Made by a program: the position numbers and the translations under genes. A stretch of 63,825 nucleotides of DNA, the filler included, from Octopus bimaculoides (lineage: Eukaryota): NCBI RefSeq assembly GCF_001194135.2. It is 8 parts of 5 records of this genome, joined end to end, with 100 filler letters (N's around TTAATTAATTAA, not from the genome) between each part and the next. Parts side by side here need not be neighbours in the genome. Positions count along the whole stretch, not along the records: positions 1 to 24,961 come from NC_068991.1; 7 more parts are not named here. One strand, 5' to 3'. The notes under the pieces were generated by a model. That model ran no database searches. It was not told the origin of the DNA and was given only the letters and a program-made list of their open reading frames with translations. Positions within the stretch are counted from its first letter, which is position 1, and each line of letters opens with the position of its first letter. Below, piece after piece: positions 12,846-24,961 of this stretch.

Positions 12846-14727
12846 TTCCCAACATTCAGTTAACAAGTAAAATTGACCAACCAAAGTCTAGTCATATATT
12901 ATTCATGTAACAGCCTTGGCCGTCTAATGTTACACTTTGTTTGGCTGTTACTTCTTTCTAGCGTTACACACTTCTAGTACCGTCACTTCACTGCCGCCAA
13001 TACATCAACCAACACCATACTTTTTGCATCGACATTATTTGTATACTTCATTTTGTTCTTGTTTTCTTTATCATTATTTTTGTTCCTCCATCCTTTCCAC
13101 CGTCCTCTCTCTCACTTTATGGTTCACTCTCTCTCTCACACATTTTACCCTCTTTCTCACTGTGTCTCTTTTGTCCGTCTCACTCCTCATCACTCATTCT
13201 CTCTTTCCTTCTCCCACTCTCCCTCTTTCTCTCTCAATGCAAACACACACATACACACTAACACGACAACACATGCACAGTCGGATATACAAAAGCACGT
13301 ACATTCATATATACATACATTCAAAAACAGATACACACATATACTCTCATATGCAGACTCACAACACACACATGTGCATACATGTAAATGCACACATACG
13401 CTCACAAATTCGTACACATACAGACATCCACAATCACAGACGCATTCAGACACAAAGACACGCGCACACACACAGATACACAAATATGCACGCACGCTCA
13501 AACGTACACACGCGCACACACATACACCACACAATACACGTACGTACACACACATACACACACATACACACACTGACACACACACACACACACAGGAGAG
13601 TCCCTGACTCCTTACTTCTCACCCCCACTTTCTCTTGTATCCATTTACTTTTATGCACCTTCAGGGTCGGTGCCACTGTTAGGCCACTTAAGTAGCCACG
13701 TTGTGTAGACTTTAGAAATGAACACTACTGACCCCGAGGTTCAAATTTTGCACAAATTAGTTGTTTTATGAAAAATCAACTTAATAAACGGAAAACAATA
13801 AGTTGGTCATAGTTCAAAGTTCAATGTTACTTCATAACTAGTTCATTGTTTTTAGCACTATCAATACTGTTAAACCAAATTCAATTTGTACCTAAGTGAG
13901 CTACTATATTTTATTTCAGTTTTCTAATAATCTGTTTTATTTAAAAAACAAAACAAAATACACTTCTGGGGCAGACTACGCGACTAAAAGGTGGGGAAAA
14001 TTCAAGGGAGAAAACAGAAGGGGTTCTTCCTGATAGAACGTCGTACACAGAAATCGAATAACTGTAGTATATTTGCTATTGTTGAAACTAGCACTGTAGG
14101 AGGTGAATGTGACGCTTCTATTATAAAATATATAAACTCGAGATTGAAGTCTGACAAAGTAGAGATATTTCAAGAAAATACACAAAGAAAGACGATACGA
14201 AGAAAAGTAAGGGAACTGCAAAATTCTGGTAAAGATGGTATTGTGCTTGACTTGAAACGCAGTGATCCTGCCAACGAGACCTACTATTACAGGGATAATT
14301 TGCGACAGTTTATAATGCTACGGAATTACAGTAGTTGTACCAGGCTTTTTTTCAGAAGTTCAATGTAACAGCTTTTCTACATTGTACGGGAAAAGACTCG
14401 AAAATATTGAAGCAGTGTGTTGCCAACAGTTGATGTACTTAGCATCAAAAGGTATGCTTATTTTGGTTTAGCCGTATGTCGTTCTTTGAAAAAGAAAAAA
14501 AAACATTGGTGCACCCAATTGGTGAAATATACTCAAGAGCATGGAATAACATTAGAGCAATTCTTTCGGCAGATGAAGGGAAACCTATCTATTTAGAAAA
14601 TAATCAGAACTAACGCGAACTCGAATTGCGCTTGTGTAAAGGTAAAAGACTTGATGCTATTAACCAATTGAAAGCTAGCCAGGAAGAACAACTGGCGACA
14701 GATTTTGCAATGTTTCATGGTTTTGGT

Positions 14728-16235
14728 TGAAGTTCTTAAATCAGTAAAAAGTTTTCGAGATGGTAGACTATCGTTACTTGGAAGCCGTCTTGAAATCGGT
14801 TAGGTTTGGACCCGTCGCTAGAGATAGGATTGCTGGAAGGAACAACCGTATCTACTCGATGGCTCAAAGTAAGCAGCCACATACCGGAACAGTTTCACAT
14901 CGTGTGCTCGGTTCATCATAGCAACCCGCTCTCGTCTCTTTTGTGCATGTTGGCTCTTAAGCCACAGCTGCGGAATTTGGAACAGTTAAAGTGCAACCTT
15001 TTTAAAGTGGGTCCGGTAAAGCTGTTTCGGATTGCAAGGACGACGTCACCATCATGCACCACCGCCGAAGTAGAGACGGGGCTATTTTTCTAAAGGGAAT
15101 ACGAGATTGTGGTACGAGCCAATATAATGCGAACACGCTGGCGGACTTGTGGCTGGGCATTTGGAGAGACGAATCCAAACCGTCGGAGAGCGTCGTAAGA
15201 CACTGAACTGACAAACCGGTTAAACTGCTCGTGTTCTGTTTCGGTCTCGACCTCCAAGTGGATCGTAACTAGGACAAGACGTCGAAAAGGTTAACCAATC
15301 TTAGTAAGAAATGAGTAAGATGTTACACTCTAGCAAGCTATAGTGGCAGGAAAGGATGGCGACGTTCTAGGGCAGACCTTGAGTGTGGACGGAAACAAAC
15401 TGGCTGGTCTGTTCCGGAGAATTTTCTGATCGGGTGCTACCATGGATAATTTTCAGAAGTCCTTGACCGTGCACTGCTACTGTGTTGGGGATACTACTTT
15501 GAGTAGCCCTACCACTGTAGTCTCTACAGAACAAAAGTATTATCAGATGGGCTTGTCCGAGATAAGTGCTGAGCGACGAAACTGTTCTACAAGCACTCGT
15601 ACAGTGTCCGGGTATTGCTCATTTGGGAGTTATATCAAGAAGCGGCTGTCGCTTGTGGGACGGATCTGGCTGCTAGCTAAGTCAATAGGGATCATTGCCC
15701 CACCGTCAGCTTTTAACAGAGTAGGAAAGCTAGTTTTCTTTTGTTCGCTATAGTGAAAGAAGCTGTGTAGTGGACGAAACGGAAAAGTATAAGGGCAGGT
15801 TTTCCTTTTTACTAAAGCCTCCATCAACTTTTTAAAGTTTCACTTGAAAATGGAGGTGAGGCGGAGAGGAAGGTGCTGTGCTGGAGTAAATCTATTGAAA
15901 GGTTAGTGAAAGTGGCGAGAGTAGCTTCAGTGGACTTGGAGAGCAAAAACTGGAGCGAGCACTTGCCCCTGGTGTCCGGGGAGATCTTGGATTTTGGGGT
16001 TTCTCTATTGGCCATAGAAGTCCTACTGGACCATGAGGATCACATCATCATCATCTTTCTTTTTCTGATGCTCTACATCATGTCTACTTGCATTCGTTAC
16101 TTTTTGTTATTTCTCTACGTCATGTATACGTTTTTTTTAAAAATCATCCCATTCTCTGTAACTACTCACACTTTATGTTTGTCTTTCCATCGTATCCTTC
16201 ATCCGTCGCTCTGGGGATATAAAAAAGTCCTTATC
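14728..16235 (+). mobile_element. Tx1/L1-clade LINE, 3' half (RT domain to 3' UTR), degraded
   Basis: LNQ*KVFEMVDYRYLEAVLKS (LDQSKAFDRVD-like), CSVHHSNPLSSLL (QG.PLSP), KDDVTI (ADD), LWLGIWR, VWTETNWL, LVKVARVAS; pyrimidine-rich UTR ending ...gatataaaaaagtcc. Confidence 0.85.
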
Positions 16236-16248
16236 ATTATTAACGAGT

Positions 16249-16580
16249 AAGGCGGCGACCTGGTAGAACCATCCCCACGCCGAACAAAATGCTTAGCGGC
16301 ATTGGGGTAGGATTAGTCGATGTAATCGACTAACCTACCAAAGATTTCAGGCCTTCTGTCTATAGTGGAAAGAATTATTGAGATAATGAGCTAGAAGAAT
16401 CATTAGACTGCCGGGCAAATGCTTGACGGTATTCGTTTCGGTTCTGCATTTGAGTTCAAATCCTGTCGAGGACAACTTTGCTTTCATCTCTCTGGTCTTG
16501 ATAAAATAAAATACCAGTCAAGTACGGGGGAAGAGCGATGTGTATGGACTAACCCCACTTCTCACTAAAATTGCTGTCTC
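16249..16580 (+). mobile_element. Two adjacent degraded SINE family B copies
   Basis: taaggcggcga...aaaatgcttagcggc...gtcgatgtaatcgact...ttcaggcctt, then a second head ...gggcaaatgcttgacggtatt...gagttcaaatcc...actttgctttcatc. Confidence 0.7.
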
Positions 16581-16606
16581 CTCCTTTCTCTCTCTCTCTC
16601 TCTCTA

Positions 16607-16645
<39 letters not shown>

Positions 16646-18216
16646 NNNNNNNNNNNNNNNNNNNNNNNNNNNNNNNNNNNNNNNNNNNNNNNNNNNNNNN
16701 NNNNNNNNNNNNNNNNNNNNNNNNNNNNNNNNNNNNNNNNNNNNNNNNNNNNNNNNNNNNNNNNNNNNNNNNNNNNNNNNNNNNNNNNNNNNNNNNNNNN
16801 NNNNNNNNNNNNNNNNNNNNNNNNNNNNNNNNNNNNNNNNNNNNNNNNNNNNNNNNNNNNNNNNNNNNNNNNNNNNNNNNNNNNNNNNNNNNNNNNNNNN
16901 NNNNNNNNNNNNNNNNNNNNNNNNNNNNNNNNNNNNNNNNNNNNNNNNNNNNNNNNNNNNNNNNNNNNNNNNNNNNNNNNNNNNNNNNNNNNNNNNNNNN
17001 NNNNNNNNNNNNNNNNNNNNNNNNNNNNNNNNNNNNNNNNNNNNNNNNNNNNNNNNNNNNNNNNNNNNNNNNNNNNNNNNNNNNNNNNNNNNNNNNNNNN
17101 NNNNNNNNNNNNNNNNNNNNNNNNNNNNNNNNNNNNNNNNNNNNNNNNNNNNNNNNNNNNNNNNNNNNNNNNNNNNNNNNNNNNNNNNNNNNNNNNNNNN
17201 NNNNNNNNNNNNNNNNNNNNNNNNNNNNNNNNNNNNNNNNNNNNNNNNNNNNNNNNNNNNNNNNNNNNNNNNNNNNNNNNNNNNNNNNNNNNNNNNNNAT
17301 ATATATATATATATGTATATATATATACATACACTTCAATGTATTTTTAATACACTTAGTGTTCGTTACTAAAGACAATATTATAAATACAGTTATCCTA
17401 CATACGTTCATGTGTAGTGAAAAATTAGCTCATCTCATTCACATTATTATCACCCCTTTGAAGCAAACCGAACAAATAAGTGTATTGTCTGTTTATATAA
17501 GATGCAATTATATAATTAAATATTGTTACATACAAAATTAAAGTGAAGTGAAGCAAGCCGATTTGTAGATATTTAATCTTAGTATTGCTTATGCTGAAAA
17601 AAAAATACTAAAAGTATATTTACTGTTGTTAAAGCAATAATAATTCTTTGTAGAAATCCGGCAAAGCATGCAACAGTTGAAAACGTGAAATATAAAGCAG
17701 ATAGCAATAAGATGAAATGTTGCAAAGCAGTTATTAAGAGAACGTGCATTTTATATTAAAAAAAACAACGATGAGTACGTGAATAATAATATCTAAAAAA
17801 AAAAAAAAAAAATTAATTAAATAAATAAAAAATGTGAAAATAAGAGCGATTTCCATAACCGAGGGGGTTTCAATACAAAACGTTGGCAGCAAGTGAAACA
17901 GGCTTAAAACAAAATATCATTAGTATTGAAGAAAAAGTAAGAAGAAAGCATACACTATAAATGATAATAAATATGTAAGAAAAAAAGTAATGAAAATTTT
18001 TGAATGTCTTACATCACACACAAATAGCAAATGACGTTGTAGAGATTTTAGAACATGCGATGTTTGCCAAGTATGAATTCAAATGAGTGGTTACTTGTCT
18101 TCGTACATGCGCATAAACTGTAGTCCGGCCATGGACACTTCACTCCAGCCGGGGACAATATAAAAGAGGTTATTGTATGTCATTGCGCACGCATTTCTGG
18201 AAATCCATAATAAAAA

Positions 18217-18264
<48 letters not shown>

Positions 18265-18333
18265 AAAGTTTGTTTACAAAAACAACACTACGAATTAATT
18301 ATAGTTCTTAAATCTGACGAAAAGAGGTAAGGT

Positions 18334-18407
18334 TGTACGTTGGTGTAAACGGCTAGCACACTTTTCGCGAAAACAAATCGATGTGGGTTCGAGTCTCACG
18401 CATACGG
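18334..18407 (+). pseudogene. tRNA-like sequence (degenerate tRNA pseudogene or isolated SINE head)
   Basis: D stem GTGT/GCAC, T arm GTGGG-TTCGAGT-CTCAC, canonical 22-nt anticodon+variable spacing and T7 at 18418-18424. Acceptor and anticodon stems contain mismatches. Confidence 0.55.
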
Positions 18408-19231
18408 GAAAGCCCAATTTTTTTCCGTCGCGGGCTTATATACCCCATTATTAGACTATTTTCTCTAGTGATTTACACGGTGATTTACAGAATTGTAAAA
18501 ATCGACGCTGCTTCACAAAAACCATCGCAAGAACGAGTGCGGCTGGACATTTTTTTTTAATCACTATAATTGTTTCTATACAACGTAGTTCTCCAGGTGT
18601 GAAGGTACTTGATTATGTAACTGTTTCTGTGCATTATGAGATCTAGTTGTGCTTCCTCAGACGATATGTAAATATTGTTTCTGTAAGTACAAATTCTCGG
18701 CTTCAAGAACATCCTCTCTGTCTATCGTGTCTGAATTTAGTGGTAGTTATTGGGTTTATCAGGGTATGTTTTTGCTGAAGGACCGTTGGCAAATTGCTTT
18801 GAATATGTAGATGTAGTAGGATGGTGATTCTGCTACTGTTATAGTGGTTGCCATTTTAAAGGGATTGGCTTTTGATTTCTTTGTACTGTTGATTTGTTCT
18901 TCATGGATGGTTACACATGGGATTGTCCTTAGCTGATCTTTAAGATTCGGCCTATGCGTATACATACATGTTCGTTCACATATACATCCATATAGGTACT
19001 AACACTCAGACATATACACATACCCACGCGCGCGCACACACACATACACACACTCACACATATATATCACATATTTTTTTCAATTATCTATTCACACACG
19101 GCAGATACCCAAACGCAAATTGGATAGCACAGGGTAAACCTGAAGGTGGGCGAGCTTTATACTGTACTCTACTACATTCTTAATAGAATATACCATAACT
19201 ATATATATATAGAAATATATATGAAGAACAA

Positions 19232-19365
19232 AGGGCTTCGGACAGTTTCCGAGAACCGAATTCACTTACAAAGCTTTGGTCAGCCTGAGGTATAGTGCAA
19301 GACCAAGTCGTCACACAGTAGGATTGAACTCATAACCGCGAGGTGAGAGTCTTAATCACATAGCC
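19232..19365 (-). mobile_element. SINE family A head/body, degraded
   Basis: gggcttcggacagtttcc...ttcacttacaaagctttggtcagcctgaggtatag...aggattgaactc...cttaatcacatagcc. Confidence 0.65.
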
Positions 19366-20070
19366 TTGCTGCTGCTGCTGCTGCTGCTACTCCTGTCCCT
19401 CCTCCTCCTCCTCCTCCTCCTCCTCCTCCTCATCATCATCATCATCATCGTCGTCGTCATCGTTGTTGTTGTTGTTAAAACATACCAATTTTCANNNNNN
19501 NNNNNNNNNNNNNNNNNNNNNNNNNNNNNNNNNNNNNNNNNNNNNNNNNNNNNNNNNNNNNNNNNNNNNNNNNNNNNNNNNNNNNNNNNNNNNNNNNNNN
19601 NNNNNNNNNNNNNNNNNNNNNNNNNNNNNNNNNNNNNNNNNNNNNNNNNNNNNNNNNNNNNNNNNNNNNNNNNNNNNNNNNNNNNNNNNNNNNNNNNNNN
19701 NNNNNNNNNNNNNNNNNNNNNNNNNNNNNNNNNNNNNNNNNNNNNNNNNNNNNNNNNNNNNNNNNNNNNNNNNNNNNNNNNNNNNNNNNNNNNNNNNNNN
19801 NNNNNNNNNNNNNNNNNNNNNNNNNNNNNNNNNNNNNNNNNNNNNNNNNNNNNNNNNNNNNNNNNNNNNNNNNNNNNNNNNNNNNNNNNNNNNNNNNNNN
19901 NNNNNNNNNNNNNNNNNNNNNNNNNNNNNNNNNNNNNNNNNNNNNNNNNNNNNNNNNNNNNNNNNNNNNNNNNNNNNNNNNNNNNNNNNNNNNNNNNNNN
20001 NNNNNNNNNNNNNNNNNNNNNNNNNNNNNNNNNNNNNNNNNNNNNNNNNNNNNNNNNNNNCCACAGACAC

Positions 20071-20345
20071 GTGTACCCTTAACGTAGTTCTCGGGGATAT
20101 TCAGCGTGACACAGTGTGACAAGGCTGACCCTTTGAATTACAGGCACAACAGAAACAGGAAGTAAGAGTGAGAGAAAGTTGTGGTGAAAGAGTACAGCAG
20201 GGTTCGCCACCATCCCCTGCCGGAGCCTCGTGGAGCTTTTAGGTGTTTTCGCTCAATAAACACCCACAACGCCCGGTCTGGGAATCGAAACCGCGATCCT
20301 ATGACCGCGAGTTCGCTGCCCTAACCACTGGGCCATTGCGCCTCC
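20071..20345 (-). mobile_element. tRNA-derived SINE family D, well preserved (3' end runs into gap)
   Basis: Reverse strand begins GGAGGCGCAATGGCCCAGTGGTTAGGGC (A box)...GGTTTCGATTCCC (B box); body gtgtacccttaac...gtgtgacaaggct recurs at 22050-22110. Confidence 0.85.
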
Positions 20346-20914
20346 AATAGATATATATATACACAGTATTATACGTAAAGACATATAATACTGATACACA
20401 TAATAAAAGTATGTATTCTAAGTGCAGGCATTATCGTGGGCATATATACAAAACGGAAGAGTCTGCACATAAGTGAAACTGAAACGGAGTTGTGGATTAA
20501 AAAATATATAATTTAAGGCTTTAGAAAACCCATATTAATGTTTGAGTGCCAACATCTTAGTGCCCTGACCTACTAGATGGGAGGCTTAATCTGTCTCTTT
20601 ACTTAATACACGAATCCTTGATCTTCAGTGCCTTTAGTGGAGTCACCCTAGCCTATCGCAGGCTTGATACCGAATCTACGGATAGCTTCGTTCTTTCATC
20701 ATCCCGAGCTCAAAAGCCCTGAAAAACATGAAGGATCATGAGTACTGTATTTCCCTCCCTGAACTAAACTAGAACCGACGACTTGTTTTATGTGCCTGTG
20801 CGATTGCGAGCAGTTATAAATACACTGTCAGCCCTCCCTACCTTCTATCCAGCCAAATATCCAGAAGATAGCTGTTGGAAGGAGAGAAGAATACTTCAAT
20901 ACTTGGCTAGTACT

Positions 20915-21058
20915 AATCTTCAGCTAAGCAGACTTAAACAACGTAAAATCAGGTGCTTTTCTCGGGGATACAACGCACCGTATATCCAAGAATCAACCTT
21001 CCCACCTTATAATTGTGAGCAGAACACACCAACCACTAGTCCATGCGTCTCTGTGGTT
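20915..21058 (-). mobile_element. tRNA/CORE-like SINE head, degraded
   Basis: Reverse strand gacgcatggactagtggttgg...gctcacaattataagg...ttgattcttgga...tgcgttgtatccccgagaaaagcac aligns with 29920-30045. Confidence 0.55.
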
Positions 21059-21991
21059 AAATGGCAAAAAAAAAAAAAAGGAAACTGTTGTACAATCATA
21101 TAAGGTACAGACTGTCGTACGACTTTTATTGCACCATCAGAAAATAAAGTAGACTAGTAGGTTTGCGTCCAAAAATAGGGTAGAGACTAGGTTACAGTTT
21201 TATTGAGTGCCAACACGTCAGGTAGCAAATATAGTAATGACATCAGGAATACTAATATGTAGTGGTGTAGCGTGGAGTGAACGAGCAGTGCAGGATGTGA
21301 GGAGTACGTAGAGTGGCCATTTCATATATGTGTTTTTACAGTAGCCGAAGGTAGGTTAAGTTTAAAGAAGGGGACGACCAAGTTGCCTACCACATAGCGG
21401 GCTAGAACCCACGCTTCCTCACTGCCGATATGTAAATTACAAGATATATTAAATCAGTAGAATACTCTATAGCACCATCACGTGTGTTAAAAGTTATAGT
21501 TTGAATTTCTGGTACCGAAATTATGTTACTATAGTATCAACATACTAATAGAGGTTACAGTATAGTATTGTAGAGTACTATCATGCAAGGCACATACTGT
21601 ACCCACATAGGAAATAGAAGCTGCATGATACTACGGTACAAACTTCATATAAAGTGCAGGCAGTTGTATTGTACGATGTATGATAAAAGCAGATGAAATA
21701 ATCCCGTAGTGCATCATCACCGTCTGGTCGATCGTGCTTAGATTAGAATTAATCTGATCTTCCATCCAACTCTATCTTCCTTCGAAAGTCATAATTCCTT
21801 TCGGTGGTACTATTATCCGTTAATTGATCTGTGCTAGTTCAGAATACTATCATATAAGGTACAGATTGTTGTACTAACCTCTATAATACCAATATTTTAT
21901 TATAACGGCTGTAACACTAGCATGTATGGTAACAAGATGTTAACAGAGGCTGTATTACAATATTATACAGAACCGCCATCTCTGTCGGTCG

Positions 21992-22130
21992 ACGATACTA
22001 ATTTAGTTGTTAGATAAATTGAATTAGCGTATAAGTGGTCGAGCATTTCACAGCCACGTGTACCCTTAACATAATTTTCGTGCAGAATTAGCGTGATAGT
22101 GTGACAAGGCTTTTGAGTTACAGGTACAAT
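21992..22130 (-). mobile_element. SINE family D 3' part, degraded
   Basis: ccacgtgtacccttaacataatt...agcgtgatagtgtgacaaggct...ttacaggtacaa matches 20071-20150. Confidence 0.65.
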
Positions 22131-22139
22131 ACACTCAAC

Positions 22140-22280
22140 TAGCGTTTATACAGTTTTTGTCTATCCAATTTCACTCACAAAACATTAATCGACTTGAGGC
22201 CATCGAAAAACAGCGTTGCCCAAGACGCTAGGCAGTAGAATCTGACCAATGACCTGGTGGTTGTGAATTAAACTTATCAA
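22140..22280 (-). mobile_element. SINE family A head/body, strongly degraded
   Basis: cagtttttgtctatccaatttcactcacaa...gttgcccaagacgc matches family A. Confidence 0.55.
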
Positions 22281-22404
22281 CCATTTAACTGTCTTAAAGT
22301 ACCAACTTGATATTATAAAGGGTATCGTACTGTGGTGCAGCTTGAAAGCAACTAAGGCAGAACTTTAGTACTGGCCAGTATGACATATACGGTAACACCA
22401 TATA

Positions 22405-22612
22405 TAGGGTGTCCATAAATTACTTTTACAATTTGCAACATTCAAAAAGAGAAAATTAAAAATAAAGAGGACTCAGCAGAGTTTACTGGAAAACATAGGC
22501 AATCGATTAAAGTAGAAACATCAGAACAATTCCACATGAGCTCCATTGGATTTACGCAACAGATTTTGACAGTACATTGTGGAACTTGTAAAGATAATTT
22601 ATGAACACCCTG
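22405..22612. mobile_element. Tc1/mariner-type MITE, ~208 bp
   Basis: Left TAGGGTGTCCATAAATTACTTTTACAA vs reverse complement of right CAGGGTGTTCATAAATTATCTTTACAA; TA precedes the left end. Confidence 0.85.
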
Positions 22613-23184
22613 AATAATAGAATCCATTGTACTGTATTACAGAGTATTAACATGTAAGGGTACTGTCGTTGATATAAGAACATGGTACTGTACAGATTCA
22701 AATATTAACGTCCATGTCAATGCCTTCTCAGAAAATCTTCCATACATTACGATACATTGCAAATACGTAAAATACAGACATGCATAATACCACTCACATC
22801 TATCAGAGAAACTCTAAGAACTACTAGACGTGTGTGTGTGTGTGTGTTTGTGTATGTGTCTGTACACATACACGCACGTTAGCAGAGCTTATTAGACACG
22901 TATACTAGGCAGGAATCAGTTTTAACATACTAATTTATATACAGCCTCAATCCTATTATTGGCAAAGATATTGTTCTTGACCTCATCTGAAAAATTTCTA
23001 ATTTCCAGCCTCCCGAGTTATTACAGTTTCCACCAACATCACTACTACCCCATCTTGCCACACTTTTCCTCCATCTCCTCCTTCATATTATCATTTCTGT
23101 TTCATATTTAAACTTGTTTCTATCCTTCCATCTTTATCAACAAACTCTATGCATTGTGCAAGCGCGCGTTTGTGAGTGTGCGTC

Positions 23185-23216
<32 letters not shown>

Positions 23217-23282
23217 TGTATGTATGTATGTATGCATGCATGTATGTATGTATGTATGAATGTATGTATGTATGAATGTATG

Positions 23283-23323
<41 letters not shown>

Positions 23324-24033
23324 GTATATATATANNNNNNNNNNNNNNNNNNNNNNNNNNNNNNNNNNNNNNNNNNNNNNNNNNNNNNNNNNNNNNNNNN
23401 NNNNNNNNNNNNNNNNNNNNNNNNNNNNNNNNNNNNNNNNNNNNNNNNNNNNNNNNNNNNNNNNNNNNNNNNNNNNNNNNNNNNNNNNNNNNNNNNNNNN
23501 NNNNNNNNNNNNNNNNNNNNNNNNNNNNNNNNNNNNNNNNNNNNNNNNNNNNNNNNNNNNNNNNNNNNNNNNNNNNNNNNNNNNNNNNNNNNNNNNNNNN
23601 NNNNNNNNNNNNNNNNNNNNNNNNNNNNNNNNNNNNNNNNNNNNNNNNNNNNNNNNNNNNNNNNNNNNNNNNNNNNNNNNNNNNNNNNNNNNNNNNNNNN
23701 NNNNNNNNNNNNNNNNNNNNNNNNNNNNNNNNNNNNNNNNNNNNNNNNNNNNNNNNNNNNNNNNNNNNNNNNNNNNNNNNNNNNNNNNNNNNNNNNNNNN
23801 NNNNNNNNNNNNNNNNNNNNNNNNNNNNNNNNNNNNNNNNNNNNNNNNNNNNNNNNNNNNNNNNNNNNNNNNNNNNNNNNNNNNNNNNNNNNNNNNNNNN
23901 NNNNNNNNNNNNNNNNNNNNNNNNNNNNNNNNNNNNNNNNNNNNNNNNNNNNNNNNNNNNNNNNNNNNNNNNNNNNNNNNNNNNNNNNNNNNNNNNNNNN
24001 NNNNNNNNNNNNNNNNNNNNNNNNNNNNNNNNN

Positions 24034-24080
<47 letters not shown>

Positions 24081-24420
24081 CACAGACTTGCATACATACA
24101 TACCTACATACATACATACATACATGTATACATACAGAAGCACTCGACCTCATCTGAGCGATTCTAGTTTTTTCTTTTTCATATGCTTAAAACACCTCAC
24201 CATTATAAATTCTTGTTTTCTTCTTGTCTTTTTTTTCTTCTTTTCTTCCTTCTTTTTTTCGTTCCCTGTCTGTCTCTTTCCTTTCACTTCTCATCTGTTT
24301 CCTTGCTCTATTCTTGAATACACTATTTTTGCCTCTTCCTGTTTCAAAAACCTCTTCAACTACTGGATTTTCATCTATTAGTGCATGCGTAGGCAAACGT
24401 CACTGTTACTGCTACAGCTA

Positions 24421-24469
<49 letters not shown>

Positions 24470-24470
24470 A

Positions 24471-24509
<39 letters not shown>

Positions 24510-24550
24510 GCTACTAATGATAATAATAATAATAATATTAATAATAATAA

Positions 24551-24750
24551 AGGCACAAGGCCTGAAATTTTGGGGGAGGAGACTAGTCGATTTCATCGAC
24601 CCTAGTGTTTCACTAGTACTTGATTTATCGATCCCGAAAGAATGAAAGGCAAAGTCTGCCTCAATGGAATTTGAACTCAGAACGTAGCGGCAGACGAAAT
24701 ACCGCTAAGCATTTAGCTTGGCGTGCTAATTATTCTGCTAGCTCACCGCC

Positions 24751-24752
<2 letters not shown>
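24551..24752 (-). mobile_element. SINE family B, full length, embedded in (TAA)n
   Basis: Reverse strand taaggcggtgagctagcagaa...ttagcacgcc...atgcttagcggtatttcgtctgcc...gagttcaaattcc...ctttgcctttcattctttcggg...ttcaggccttgtgcct; TAA arrays on both sides. Confidence 0.9.
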
Positions 24753-24792
<40 letters not shown>

Positions 24793-24795
<3 letters not shown>

Positions 24796-24961
24796 GCAAC
24801 CCTGAAAAGAAGAAAATTAGTTAAAAGTAGCAATATAACACTAGATAAAGCCAATGAAATAAGAGAACTAGACGAAAGCCAACCATATAAGTATTTAGGA
24901 GTCAATGAACTAGATAGGATACAACATACACAAATGAAAGAAAAAATAAAGAAAGAGTACT
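24793..24961 (+). mobile_element. R4/Dong-clade RT fragment, 5'-truncated directly after (TAA)n
   Basis: Open frame KATLKRRKLVKSSNITLDKANEIRELDESQPYKYLGVNELDRIQHTQMKEKIKKEY, homologous to ..GEESFKYLGVLESDRVLTTEMKSKIEEY in ORF 61428-61949; cut by a linker gap. Confidence 0.85.

Noticed and set aside
12937-13695. 252-aa His/Thr-rich ORF and overlapping frames
   Set aside because: Translation of CT- and CA-rich low-complexity DNA; no domain signal.
18144-18547. Inverted 8-mer tccagccg/cggctgga flanking the tRNA-like unit, suggesting a MITE
   Set aside because: Match too short and does not extend; no TSD.
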